Of a stretch of DNA of 64,000 bases, positions 38,886-49,537 are shown one piece after another. The notes beneath the pieces are model-generated. The model saw only the letters and a program-made list of their open reading frames with translations. It was not told where the DNA came from and ran no database searches. Position 1 is the first letter of the stretch. Each line of letters begins with the position of its first letter. Source of the stretch: Promethearchaeota archaeon (GTDB lineage Archaea > Asgardarchaeota > Lokiarchaeia > Sigyniarchaeales > SOKP01); assembly GCA_048937405.1 (NCBI GenBank), contig JBHLNF010000005.1:1-64000 (forward strand), given 5' to 3'. The translations under genes and the position numbers were made by a program.

Positions 38886-40133
38886 ATTTGGGAATGCTTT
38901 TTTCATGATATTATATGCTCCATTTACATCAGCATTGAGTAAAACACCTTTGGAGGTTTTAAACAGCCCTCTAGATATTCTTCTTCCTACATAAGTTGGA
39001 TGTTTTTCAATTGGTTCATTATCTAAGAAAGAACATTTAGAACTATGACTTTCATTAATAGTCATAACCTGGATTCCTTTCAATTTAGCTTTATATTCGA
39101 GTTGATTCACTAATTTCAGGAAAGGGATTTGTACAAATTTCTGATTATTTCTTCTTCCAATGTTGATCTTTTGCTTCCATCCATGATTAAATCCTATTAC
39201 AATTGTCCCAATGTTATTTTGAACACAATACTCAATTACATTCTTAGAGACTCGATGAAAAAATGTAGTAATTTTATTGTTTCGAGTTAAATGGAGTCTT
39301 TGAATCCGTTTGGTATCAGTGAAATTACCTTTCTTATTTTCAATACTCCTATAATATGCCAATTGCTTGTTATAATATTGATTTATAGATTTTACCATCC
39401 CACCTTTAATAATAAACGGTTTGCATCCATTATTATTTACCACAGTTATGAGATTATTCAATCCTAAATCAATACTTAACATATGAGCTTTATCTAACTT
39501 TAAGTCCCTCACTTCTTTTTCATATATAAGCTCAACTTTATATTTTACTCCTAAAGGGACTATCCGCACTTCTTTTAATCTTTTGGTGATTCTTGTTTTA
39601 ATTGGTTCTAAATTCACCTTTTTAGGAAAATACAAATATCCATTCTTAATTTTACACTGTTGATTAGTGAAAATTACTACAGACTCTCCACTTTTCTTTT
39701 TATATCGTGGAATTTCGGGTTTTTTTTTAAATTTCTTGAAATTTCTTTTATATTCTTCTAGTCCTCTAAAATAAGACTTCCAAGCTCTATTCACGTATTT
39801 GAGAATTTGTTGTGATGTTTGAGAGGGTAAAATTCGATATGCATCTTTATTTTTTAGAATGAAATCTAAATCATAGTATGATAAGAGAGTATTGAGATTA
39901 AAGAAATGTTGTCTCACATACCAATTCGCTAAATTGTAAAGATTCTTAGCTAAATGACTTAAGTGTGATAATTCTAATGAATAGTTTACTTGGATAACTT
40001 CGGTTAATTTCACATTAATAATATTAAAAATTACTGCTATTTAAAAAAACATAGTGTTCAGATTAACTAATCTTTCTAATAATAATATCAAATGAACATA
40101 AAAGATATAGTTTTTATAAAAAATACTCACTAT
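38757..40133 (-). mobile_element. IS200/IS605-family non-autonomous tnpB-only element, copy 2
   Basis: Flank homology with copy 1 from ataattag (38757) to aaatactcac (40130); ends approximate. Confidence 0.8.
38805..40013 (-). CDS. tnpB: TnpB RNA-guided endonuclease, rearranged RuvC-II type
   Basis: About 44 aa differences from copy 1 over 402 aa; SIDLG, IVIG, INESHSSKCS, NADVNG. Confidence 0.93.
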   Translation of the reverse strand: MKLTEVIQVNYSLELSHLSHLAKNLYNLANWYVRQHFFNLNTLLSYYDLDFILKNKDAYRILPSQTSQQILKYVNRAWKSYFRGLEEYKRNFKKFKKKPEIPRYKKKSGESVVIFTNQQCKIKNGYLYFPKKVNLEPIKTRITKRLKEVRIVPLGVKYKVELIYEKEVRDLKLDKAHMLSIDLGLNNLITVVNNNGCKPFIIKGGMVKSINQYYNKQLAYYRSIENKKGNFTDTKRIQRLHLTRNNKITTFFHRVSKNVIEYCVQNNIGTIVIGFNHGWKQKINIGRRNNQKFVQIPFLKLVNQLEYKAKLKGIQVMTINESHSSKCSFLDNEPIEKHPTYVGRRISRGLFKTSKGVLLNADVNGAYNIMKKAFPNAISADGIEAIGLMPQIIQQNIVDIII

Positions 40134-40179
40134 ATAAAGATATTAATAAATATACTTAATTTCTAGAAATATAATAATC

Positions 40180-41415
40180 ATGAAACAAAATATCAATTTA
40201 GAATATTATCCGAAAATTAGTGATAAATTAATCAATGATTCGATAAATATTATTACAAGTAATAAAGACTTGTGGGATCCTCCTTTTTTCTATGATACCG
40301 AAAGCTATTTAGATATGGATAAAATCCAGCAAACAGTTAATCCTTTTATTACAGATGAACTTAAAAATATAATAGTTTTGGGTACAGGAGGATCTATTCA
40401 AACTTTACTTGCTTTAAAACACTTAGCAAAAAGGAAGATATTTCCTGTAACTAGTTCTAGAACTGTAGAATTAAAGGGATGCTTTGATAAAACTTCTCCT
40501 GACAATTCTATTGTAATTCCTATATCGAGAGGGGGAGAGACTTTAGATATTAATTCTACCATTGGAACATTTTTAAAAAATAACTACAAATTCATTGGCT
40601 TATCATCTGCAGGGACCATGAATGAAATTTTAAAGAACATCGATTGTCCTATCTTAGAAGTGCCCAACCTTTCTGGTCGGTATGCAGGATCTGTAACAAA
40701 CGTGGGAATTGTACCAGCTTTCATTGCAGGCATTAAAATAGAAGATTTTCTGAAGGGATTAGAAGAAGGTTATAAGATATTTTCCAAATATGAAAAAAAT
40801 CCTGCTATAGAACTGGCAACTTTTCTCTTTGAATTGTATAAAAAAGGGTATAATGTAGTTTTTTCAATGCCTTATTCAAAAAATCTTGAGGGAAGCGTTG
40901 GATTATGGGTTCAAGGAATATCAGAAAGTTCAGGTAAAGATGATAAAGGAATGATAGGTACTTATCAATCAGCTCCGATTTGTCAACATTCTATTTTAGA
41001 ATATTTGCTAGGAGGGACTAAGGGTGTGGTTATACCAATATTGTGGACTATTAATAATGATAGATCTGATATTATTCTAAATTCTTCAATCTCATATGTG
41101 GATAGTCAAAGTGCTCAATCGATTGTGAATTATCAAGCAGATGCAACCTTTCAAGCCTTAATCCAACAAAGAGTACCATCAGCAAAAATATCAATTGAAG
41201 ATCCCTCAGAAATTAATATGGGATATATGATTGCACTAATTTTATCATCAATTTATTATCTTTGCTTATTGATAAATGTTAATTGGGCAAATAATCCAAA
41301 AGTAATTATAGGAAAAAAAATTTGTAATCAGTCACTCATAGAAAAGGCAACAGTAGAACAAAGGAAAAAAATTAGAGAAAAAATTGCTGAAGAAAAGTTC
41401 AAAAATTTCTTTTAA
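40180..41415 (+). CDS. Divergent glucose-6-phosphate isomerase-like double-SIS protein
   Basis: GTGGS, ISRGGET, SGRYA, QGISESSGK, QHS, KVIIGK correspond to PGI motifs. Confidence 0.7.
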   Translation: MKQNINLEYYPKISDKLINDSINIITSNKDLWDPPFFYDTESYLDMDKIQQTVNPFITDELKNIIVLGTGGSIQTLLALKHLAKRKIFPVTSSRTVELKGCFDKTSPDNSIVIPISRGGETLDINSTIGTFLKNNYKFIGLSSAGTMNEILKNIDCPILEVPNLSGRYAGSVTNVGIVPAFIAGIKIEDFLKGLEEGYKIFSKYEKNPAIELATFLFELYKKGYNVVFSMPYSKNLEGSVGLWVQGISESSGKDDKGMIGTYQSAPICQHSILEYLLGGTKGVVIPILWTINNDRSDIILNSSISYVDSQSAQSIVNYQADATFQALIQQRVPSAKISIEDPSEINMGYMIALILSSIYYLCLLINVNWANNPKVIIGKKICNQSLIEKATVEQRKKIREKIAEEKFKNFF

Positions 41416-41440
41416 AAGAAAATTCCAAATTGCATTATTT

Positions 41441-42886
41441 TTAAGTTTGACTTATAAACGCTTCATATAAGATATTAATGGCTTTTGAACAACTTTTTCT
41501 CTCTATAATTGCAGTAAAACTTAACTCAGAAGAACCTTGAGCAATTGCTAGAATATTAATATTATTATTCCCAAGTGTAGTAAATACTTTTCCTGCAATT
41601 CCGGGAGTATCAACGAGACCCGGACCAATAACTGCAACTAAAGAAATATCATTATCGATTTTTATTCTAAACCATTTTTTCCCAAACAAATCAGAATTTC
41701 TCAACAAAAAACTAACTTTTGTTGAATCACTATAATCAATTCCGATTGTAATATTATTTTCAGAAGAACTCTGGGAAATAAACACTGTGTTAATATTATT
41801 ATCACCCAATAATGAGAAAAGTTTTGCAGCAGTTCCAGACAATGGAACCATTGTATCACTCTCAATTGTTACCATAGAGAGTTCGTAAATTGATGTTACG
41901 GCTTTAACTGTTTTTCCATCTTTTATTATTTCTCTTGTAATGGTTGTAAATTCTTTTGATTCTGGTTCATCAAAATATCTTATCTCTGAATGGATATTTC
42001 CTTTTTCACTTACATCGAGACATAATGGATGTAACACTTTTGTACCAAAGAACGCAAGCTCTTTTGCTTCAACATATGATATTTGTTTTAGAAGAGAAGT
42101 TTTTTTTGAAATTTTTGGATCCGCATCTAAGAATCCTTTCACATCTTTCCAGTAGATAATTTTACAGTTAAAGAATAATCTTACTGAATAACCTAATACT
42201 GCTGCTGTTAAATCAGTTCCACCTCTACCTAAAGTAGTAATCTTTCTATCCATTTTTGTTGAGCCAAAATACCCTGTTACACAAATTATGTAATTAGTGT
42301 TATCATTTAATAGAGGGATTAATTTTTCCTTGACTTGAATCTCAGTTTCTTCTAATAATGGTAGAGCCTGTCCAAAATTATCATCTGTAATTATAAGCTC
42401 GTGGGAAGATACAAATTTGGTTTTAATTTTTATAGAATTTAAATATTGAGTTATAATAAAGGTACTTAATTTTTCACCATAAGATACAATAAGATCCTGA
42501 ATATCATTGCTTGGTCTAATAAGTTGAATGACCTTCCCTAATTGAGTTAACTCTTCAACATTTTTTCTTAGAAATTCTTTTGAATTCATGAATTCTTCAC
42601 TTCTAGAATTAAAAATCTGATTTATTAGTGAATTATGGATATCATTAATTTCTAACAGTAAGTCTTCACAATCAGGGTTCTCTTTACAAGATTCTGCATA
42701 AAGTTTAAGGAGTTTATCAGTTACTCCCTTAAGCGCAGAAGTAACAATAATTAACTTGGATTCTTCTATATAATTACTGATAATTTTTGTAATTTGTTCA
42801 AATGATTTGGCATTTTGGAGACAAGACCCCCCAAATTTCATAATAATTAAGTCTTTTTTTTTACTCTCCAAATTAACCAACTCCAT
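41441..42886 (-). CDS. lysC: Aspartate kinase with two ACT domains
   Basis: MKFGGS, SYGEKLS, TTLGRGGTD, KDV, ADP, ELAFFGTKVLHP, ISQSSSE, IAQGSSE. Confidence 0.92.
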   Translation of the reverse strand: MELVNLESKKKDLIIMKFGGSCLQNAKSFEQITKIISNYIEESKLIIVTSALKGVTDKLLKLYAESCKENPDCEDLLLEINDIHNSLINQIFNSRSEEFMNSKEFLRKNVEELTQLGKVIQLIRPSNDIQDLIVSYGEKLSTFIITQYLNSIKIKTKFVSSHELIITDDNFGQALPLLEETEIQVKEKLIPLLNDNTNYIICVTGYFGSTKMDRKITTLGRGGTDLTAAVLGYSVRLFFNCKIIYWKDVKGFLDADPKISKKTSLLKQISYVEAKELAFFGTKVLHPLCLDVSEKGNIHSEIRYFDEPESKEFTTITREIIKDGKTVKAVTSIYELSMVTIESDTMVPLSGTAAKLFSLLGDNNINTVFISQSSSENNITIGIDYSDSTKVSFLLRNSDLFGKKWFRIKIDNDISLVAVIGPGLVDTPGIAGKVFTTLGNNNINILAIAQGSSELSFTAIIERKSCSKAINILYEAFISQT

Positions 42887-43010
42887 TATTTTTATAATAT
42901 TTATTTAAAGTATTACATAAATAAAAAGAAAATTTAAAACTTAAACATTAATTTATAAAGAAATTCAGATTATCGTATTAAGTTTTATAAAATTTATAAA
43001 GTGAATTACG

Positions 43011-44255
43011 TTGGTAAAAAAATTTAAAATACCATGGGCTGCTTGGAGAGAACCTGAATTTATAGAATTAACTTTTCCAGATTTATGGAATGTATCATTA
43101 TATAAGATGAATGGTTCTGATGTACCAGAATTAAGTGAAAAAGAAATTGAACAATCTATTTTAAATCCTATTGGTACCCAAAATATATCTAAACTTGCTA
43201 AGGATAAATCTAATATAGTAATAGTTATCGATGATATGACAAGACCAACCCCCATCTCTAAAATACTTCCTTATGTTCTTAACGAATTAAAACAAGTAGA
43301 CATTAATGATGAGCAAATTACCATTTTACTAGCTGTTGGTGCACATAGGCCAATGACAAGACAAGATTGCATTCTTAAGTTAGGTAAAGATTTTGTTAAT
43401 AGATTCAAGATTGAAAATCATCATCCATATGAGAACTTAGAATATTTAGGGGAATCTTCAAGAGGAACACCTATCTATGTAAATAAAACATATTTAAATG
43501 CCGACTTAAGAATAACAATAGGTGGTGTAATTCCTCATCCCTTAGCTGGTTTTGGAGGAGGTGCCAAAATAGTTCTTCCAGGAGTGTGTGGAATAAAAAC
43601 ACTTGAAGCGAATCATTCTGCTAGTATGGGTGAAAAAGGAGGTGGAATTGGAAGAATGACGGATGCAAGAAGAGATATCGAAGAAATTGCTGAAAAAGTC
43701 GGTTTAGATTTTTCAATTAATGTTATTCTCTCTGATTATGGAAAAATCTCAAAGATGTTTTGTGGTCATTTTAAGGATGCACATAAAAAGGCAATGGAGT
43801 TTGGTAAACAATTTTATTCCACCAAGATTGATCAAAATAATCAAATTTGCTTTTTTAATTCTTATCCTGAAGATTCTGAGTTGAATCAAGCACAATACAA
43901 ACCATTTAACTTTTTAATATCAGCCCCAAGAACTACACTTGATAAAGAAGGTGCTATAGTTATCATGACATCCTCTTATGAAGGTCGTGGTTATCATAGT
44001 CTTTTAGGAGAAACGGGAACAGTTCTTTATAAGAATTTAGGAGATACTATAATTTGGGAGATTTTTGCTAATAATAGAAGAGTTTATCTTTTTTCTCCCA
44101 ATGTCAGCGAAAGTGATAAAAATCATTATTTTCCTAAATCTGTGAAATTATTTTATGATTGGAATGATTTGATTCAACAACTTGAAAAAGATTATGGAAG
44201 TTCCCCAAAGGCAGCTATTATTCCTAGTAGCATTCAGTTATGTGAAAGAGAATAA
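43011..44255 (+). CDS. Lactate racemase (LarA) family nickel-pincer enzyme
   Basis: DDMTRPTP, GAHR, PHPLAGFGGGAKIVLPG; substrate cannot be determined. Confidence 0.85.
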   Translation: MVKKFKIPWAAWREPEFIELTFPDLWNVSLYKMNGSDVPELSEKEIEQSILNPIGTQNISKLAKDKSNIVIVIDDMTRPTPISKILPYVLNELKQVDINDEQITILLAVGAHRPMTRQDCILKLGKDFVNRFKIENHHPYENLEYLGESSRGTPIYVNKTYLNADLRITIGGVIPHPLAGFGGGAKIVLPGVCGIKTLEANHSASMGEKGGGIGRMTDARRDIEEIAEKVGLDFSINVILSDYGKISKMFCGHFKDAHKKAMEFGKQFYSTKIDQNNQICFFNSYPEDSELNQAQYKPFNFLISAPRTTLDKEGAIVIMTSSYEGRGYHSLLGETGTVLYKNLGDTIIWEIFANNRRVYLFSPNVSESDKNHYFPKSVKLFYDWNDLIQQLEKDYGSSPKAAIIPSSIQLCERE

Positions 44256-44374
44256 AACAAATGTTAATAAATTTCTAATTTAGAATATTTTTCTAATATT
44301 ATTTTCCTCTGTCTACTTACTAAAATTTGAATCTATGAAAAAAAAAATAAGAGAATAATCATATTTTATTTAAA

Positions 44375-45637
44375 ATGGAAAAAGTTGAATTGCTTGCTCC
44401 AGCAAAAAATATAAAATCGATTAAAGCAGCCTCGAAATACGCTAATTCAGTCTATTTTGGAGTAAAGAATTTTAATATGAGAATGCGATCTGAAAATATT
44501 GCTTTAGAGAATTTAGATGAAGTTGTTAAATATTGTCATAATCAAGATTTAAAAGCATATTTAGCAACTAATATTTTAGTTTATGATAATGAAATTGAAT
44601 TTATTCGCAATATTATGAAAAAGGCAAAAGAAGTAGAAATTGATGCTGTTATTGTTCATGATTTCTCAACAATTCAGATTGCAAAAGAAAATAATATTCC
44701 ATTTCATATATCAACACAATGTAATGTGTCTAATTCTTTAGCTGCTAGATTTTTTGAAAACCTAGGGGCTGAACGCATTATTCTCGCAAGAGAATTATCT
44801 CTTGAGAAAATAAAAGAAATTAAAAGGAACTTGATTAATACTCAAATTGAAGCTTTTATTCATGGTGCAATGTGTACTTCTATTAGTGGTAGATGTTATT
44901 TTTCTCAAGACATTTGCGATACAGAAGAAAAATCTGCAAATAGAGGGAAATGTTTGCAGCCTTGTAGGAGAAAATGGTGGGTTAAGGAAGAATTTGGGAC
45001 CGAATATATTTATGATGGAGTTAGATTTATGAATTCAAGAGATTTATGTACAATAGCTTATATTCCTGAATTAATCGAAGCTAACATTGATGCTTTTAAG
45101 ATTGAAGGTCGGATGCGACATCCACACTACGTCGAAGTAGTAGCAAAATCTTATCGAGAAGCTATTGATGCGTATTATAACGGGACATTCACAAAAAAAA
45201 AAGTAGGAAAATGGGTAACTGAATTAAAGAAAGTCTATAACAGAGGATTTACTCCCGGATTTTATTTTAAAAGGATGACTGAGGAAGATCATCAACATAA
45301 ATCACCTACAAATTTATCTCATTATAGATATATCAGAGTGGGTCAAATTGAGGAATATAATCAAAATACTGGTTTCGCAAAAATTAAATTAGATAGGGGA
45401 TACATTACTCAAAATGATGATCTCATCATTATGGGTAATAATACAAATACCTATATTCATCAGGAAGCAAAGATAATTAAATTCAAGGAAAAAGAAGTAA
45501 AAAAAACTCCGCGAGGTACAAAAGAAACACCAATACTCGCAGAGTTAAAAATCAATGGTAATGTATTCAGTAATGGTAAAGATAAAATCTATATTTTTAC
45601 CGATAAAACCTACAAAAAAAAGAAATATTCATTATGA
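44375..45637 (+). CDS. U32 family Fe-S protein (TrhP/RlhA-like hydroxylation protein)
   Basis: ELLAPA, HISTQ, ARELS, HGAMCTSISGRC, NRGKCLQPCR, KIEGR. Confidence 0.9.
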   Translation: MEKVELLAPAKNIKSIKAASKYANSVYFGVKNFNMRMRSENIALENLDEVVKYCHNQDLKAYLATNILVYDNEIEFIRNIMKKAKEVEIDAVIVHDFSTIQIAKENNIPFHISTQCNVSNSLAARFFENLGAERIILARELSLEKIKEIKRNLINTQIEAFIHGAMCTSISGRCYFSQDICDTEEKSANRGKCLQPCRRKWWVKEEFGTEYIYDGVRFMNSRDLCTIAYIPELIEANIDAFKIEGRMRHPHYVEVVAKSYREAIDAYYNGTFTKKKVGKWVTELKKVYNRGFTPGFYFKRMTEEDHQHKSPTNLSHYRYIRVGQIEEYNQNTGFAKIKLDRGYITQNDDLIIMGNNTNTYIHQEAKIIKFKEKEVKKTPRGTKETPILAELKINGNVFSNGKDKIYIFTDKTYKKKKYSL

Positions 45638-45682
45638 TTCCTAATATTATTTCAAGTATAATTAGATAAAAAAGGTTATTTT

Positions 45683-46600
45683 ATGGAAGAAAATAAAAAG
45701 AAAATTGTAGAATCTGTTCCTAATTTTAGTGAGGGAAAAGATGATAAAAAGATAGATTTAATTGTTTCTGAGATAAAAAATACTCCTAATACACGTATTG
45801 TTGATGTTCAGTATGATTCTGATTATAATAGAGCAGTTATTACATTTGTTGGTACTCCTAAGGCTGTTTTAAAAGCAAATATTAAAGCTGCAAAAAAAGC
45901 AATTGAATTAATTGATATGAATATGCATAAAGGTCAGCACCCTCGTATTGGTGCGGTTGATGTAGTTCCATTTGTTCCTGCTCAAAATGTTACAATGGAG
46001 GAATGTAAGGAATTATCTATAAAATTTGCTGAAGAAATGGCAAAGGAAGAGATTCCAGTTTATCTTTATGAGGAATCTGCTCGAAAAATGGAAAGAAAAA
46101 ATATTGATAATATCCGAAAAGGAGAATATGAAAAGCTTAAAGAAGCTATAAAAATCGACCCTGAAAAAAAACCTGACTTTGGTCCTTCAGAATTTCATCC
46201 TACTGCTGGTGCAATAATAACTGGAGCAAGAAATCCCTTAATTAGTTTCAATATTAATTTAGGTACCAAGGAAGTAAGAATAGCTAAAGAAATAGCTAAG
46301 GCTATACATTTAAACTCAGGAGGCTTAGTAAATATAAAAGCCATGGGTACAGAACTAAAAAATCGAGATTATGTTCAAGTGGGGATTTCGAATATAAATT
46401 TTAGAAAAACACCTTTGTATAGACAAATGGAACTAGTAAGAATGGAAGCTGATCGATATGGTGTACCCGTAATAAGCTCTGAATTAGTTGGTGTATTACC
46501 ATTAGAAGCAGTTCTTAATTCATTAGAGTATTATTTAAAACTTAGAACGCCAGAAAAATTAAAAAAAAAACATTTATTAGAATCCTATTTTGACTTTTAA
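45683..46600 (+). CDS. ftcD: Glutamate formiminotransferase
   Basis: VPNFSEG, HKGQHPRIGAVDVVPFVP, RKGEYE, PDFGP, GAR, SELVG; no cyclodeaminase domain. Confidence 0.93.
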   Translation: MEENKKKIVESVPNFSEGKDDKKIDLIVSEIKNTPNTRIVDVQYDSDYNRAVITFVGTPKAVLKANIKAAKKAIELIDMNMHKGQHPRIGAVDVVPFVPAQNVTMEECKELSIKFAEEMAKEEIPVYLYEESARKMERKNIDNIRKGEYEKLKEAIKIDPEKKPDFGPSEFHPTAGAIITGARNPLISFNINLGTKEVRIAKEIAKAIHLNSGGLVNIKAMGTELKNRDYVQVGISNINFRKTPLYRQMELVRMEADRYGVPVISSELVGVLPLEAVLNSLEYYLKLRTPEKLKKKHLLESYFDF

Positions 46601-46613
46601 AATGTGAATTTAA

Positions 46614-47921
46614 TTAATCATTATCTACAATTATTTTACCATTTTTTATAACTTTAGAAACCAAGTTTACTCCAAAATGATAAGGTATGAAATAATAATT
46701 AGGTACATCGAAAACTATTAAATCTGCCTTTTTACCTATTTCAAGACTTCCAATTTCATCCTGTTTTTGAATTGCACAAGCAGCATTAATAGTTGCTGCA
46801 GTAAGTGCTTCTGCTGGTGTAAGTTTCATATGATAACAGGCTAATGCCATGACCATTTGCATTGATTCTGTCCAGCAATTCGGATTGAGATCAGTAGCTA
46901 AAGCAATAGGTATTTCGAATTCAATCATCTTTCTCGCGGAGGCATACTCATCCAACATTAGGCAAAATGGTGTTCCTGGTAGAAGGGTAGCTATAACTCC
47001 AGCTTCAGCCATTGCTTTTAAACCATCATCATTAGATTTTAATAAATGTCCTGTTTGTATTGCTTTAATTTCGGAAGCTAATAATGCACCATTAGTATCT
47101 ACAATCTCATCAATATGAATCTGAGGTTTTAATCCATATCTAATTGCTGTTTTTAATATTTTTCGGGTTTGTTTTATTGAAAAAATATCTTTTTCACAAA
47201 AAACATCGCAAAACTCAGCAAGACCTTGTTTAGCGATTTTTGGTATCATTTCTGATACTATTAATTCAACATATTTATCTGGTTTATTCTTAAATTCTGG
47301 TGGTATTGCATGAGCACCTAAGAATGTTGGAATTAGATCTAAAGGGTGTTCTTCATTTAGAATTTGAATAGCTTCTAATTGTTTTATTTCGCTTTCAGTA
47401 GTTAATCCATAACCAGATTTTACTTCAACTGTAGTAGTCCCATAACTCATCATTCTATCTAAGATGACTTTTCCATTTTTTACCAATTTTTCTAATGAAG
47501 CCTTTCTAGTTTCTCGAACAGTTTTTAAAATGCCTCCACCTTCATTTAAAATATCTAAATATGTCATTCCTTTAAGTTTCATAGAAAGCTCGTCTTCACG
47601 AGTACCATCAAAAATGATATGAGTATGTGGATCAATAAAGCCTGGGATTACCAACTTGTTTGTGGCATCAATTTTAGTTGGAATTTTACCAAATTCATAT
47701 TTTGACATTAATTCTTCTGTTGTACCAATAAAGATAATTCTATCTGCTTTTATTGCTAATGCTCCATCGTTAATAGTTGCTAATTTTGACATACTATTCC
47801 CGATTCTAGGAGCACCATATCTAGTATTCATTGTAACAAGTTCATTAACATTAAATATGACTAGATCTGGATCAGTTTTTGAAAAAATTTCTTTTTTTGC
47901 ATAAGTTGAGGCTACAAACAA
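46614..47921 (-). CDS. hutI: Imidazolonepropionase
   Basis: DPHTH, GGGILKTV, EVKSGYGL, GAHA, DVFCE, ATDLNP. Confidence 0.95.
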   Translation of the reverse strand: MFVASTYAKKEIFSKTDPDLVIFNVNELVTMNTRYGAPRIGNSMSKLATINDGALAIKADRIIFIGTTEELMSKYEFGKIPTKIDATNKLVIPGFIDPHTHIIFDGTREDELSMKLKGMTYLDILNEGGGILKTVRETRKASLEKLVKNGKVILDRMMSYGTTTVEVKSGYGLTTESEIKQLEAIQILNEEHPLDLIPTFLGAHAIPPEFKNKPDKYVELIVSEMIPKIAKQGLAEFCDVFCEKDIFSIKQTRKILKTAIRYGLKPQIHIDEIVDTNGALLASEIKAIQTGHLLKSNDDGLKAMAEAGVIATLLPGTPFCLMLDEYASARKMIEFEIPIALATDLNPNCWTESMQMVMALACYHMKLTPAEALTAATINAACAIQKQDEIGSLEIGKKADLIVFDVPNYYFIPYHFGVNLVSKVIKNGKIIVDND

Positions 47922-47922
47922 A

Positions 47923-49449
47923 TTAATCTCCTTCTTTTATTTTTTGAATTATATTTAGTAGATGATTATTTCTTATAATTTCAACCAATAAGTTCATATA
48001 ATCATTTAATAAAGTATCTTCTTTAATATGCGGAATTCTATCTCGTATATATTGATGGCATTTCTCGATAATTTCACTGGATTTTAAAGGCCTCCTAAAA
48101 TCTATAGCTTGACATGCACATAATAATTCAATAGCTAAGATTTTTTCAAGATTATCTAAAATATTAATGGCTTTTCTAGCGCTAATTGGAGCCATACTAA
48201 CATGATCTTCCTGTCCCGATCCTGTGGGGATGCTATCAACACTAGCAGGAAAGCATAATGATTTATTTTCACTAACTAATGCTGCAGATGTATATTGTGT
48301 TATCATAAATCCAGAATTGAGACCCGCATTTTCTATTAAATTTGGAGGTAAACCCCATTTTCCTTCTAATAATAAAAAAATACGACGATCTGAGATATTA
48401 CCAATTTCAGATGCTGCCATACTTACATAATCTAAAGGTAAAGCGAGAGGTTGACCATGAAAATTTCCCCCACTATACGTCTCAAGTTCATTAAAAATAA
48501 CGGGATTATCAGTTACAGAGTTTAATTCACATTCCAAGATATCGTTCAAATGCATTAATGCGTCCCTAGAAGCCCCATGAACTTGTGGAATACATCGAAT
48601 GGAATATGGATCTTGAACACGTCCACAGTCCTTATGTGATTCGACCAATTCTGAGTTTTTTAGGTAATTTCTCATTCTTTCTGCTACTATTAGTGCTCCT
48701 TTGTGAGGTCGTAACTTTATTAACTTTTCAGCAAAAGGTTGATGGGATGCTAAATAGCTTTCAAGGGTAATTGCCCCAATTAAATCTGCATGATTAAGAC
48801 AATCAAGAAATTTCTCAGATACTTTTATAGCATGTGCTGTAGTAAATTGTGTACCATTAATCAAAGCCAAACCTTCCTTTGCCTGCAATTTTATTGGTTT
48901 TAATTTATTCTCATTCAAAACTTTCTCAGTTGGTCTATAGCTTTTATTATCTTTAGAAAGAAAACCTAATCCAATTAAAGGTAAAAAAAGATGAGCTAAT
49001 GGAGCAAGATCTCCTGAAGCCCCTACAGAACCTTGTTCAGGAACAAATGGGATAAAATTATTGTTAATGTGCCATAATATTCTTTCTATTACTTCTAAGG
49101 AAATTCCTGAATATCCTATGCATAACGCATGGACTTTTAATATTAACATTAATTTTGATAATTCTTGTTCTATTGGTGGTCCAACTCCTACACTATGGCT
49201 CTTAAGTAAATTCTCCTGTAATTTCGATGATTCTTCTCTAGTTATTCTTGTGGTACAAAGAGATCCAAATCCAGTATTAATACTATAAACCAATTTTGAA
49301 CCTTTAACTATCGATTGGATAGCATCATGATTTTTAATTATCCGCTCTTTAACTTCATTAGAAATGATACCTTTTAGGAATCCCCTTGCTATATTTAAAG
49401 CTTTATCAACTGTAAGGTGGTCCTTCCCGAATATGAAATATTCTTTCAT
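47923..49449 (-). CDS. hutH: Histidine ammonia-lyase
   Basis: INTGFG, MIO-forming GSVGASGDL, KEGLALING, QDPYSIRC, GGNFHG, QEDHVSM. Confidence 0.97.
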   Translation of the reverse strand: MKEYFIFGKDHLTVDKALNIARGFLKGIISNEVKERIIKNHDAIQSIVKGSKLVYSINTGFGSLCTTRITREESSKLQENLLKSHSVGVGPPIEQELSKLMLILKVHALCIGYSGISLEVIERILWHINNNFIPFVPEQGSVGASGDLAPLAHLFLPLIGLGFLSKDNKSYRPTEKVLNENKLKPIKLQAKEGLALINGTQFTTAHAIKVSEKFLDCLNHADLIGAITLESYLASHQPFAEKLIKLRPHKGALIVAERMRNYLKNSELVESHKDCGRVQDPYSIRCIPQVHGASRDALMHLNDILECELNSVTDNPVIFNELETYSGGNFHGQPLALPLDYVSMAASEIGNISDRRIFLLLEGKWGLPPNLIENAGLNSGFMITQYTSAALVSENKSLCFPASVDSIPTGSGQEDHVSMAPISARKAINILDNLEKILAIELLCACQAIDFRRPLKSSEIIEKCHQYIRDRIPHIKEDTLLNDYMNLLVEIIRNNHLLNIIQKIKEGD

Positions 49450-49537
49450 TATAAATCACATTCTTTATATGATTATAATATAAGATTAAAAGTCCAATAT
49501 TATTCAAACCTAAAAATATTTGACAAATAAATTCAAT

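Noticed and set aside
20690-40013. tnpB copies as nuclease-dead TldR-like repressors or Cas12f
   Set aside because: Both catalytic Asp residues and an alternative Glu are retained, and no CRISPR array or cas genes are nearby.
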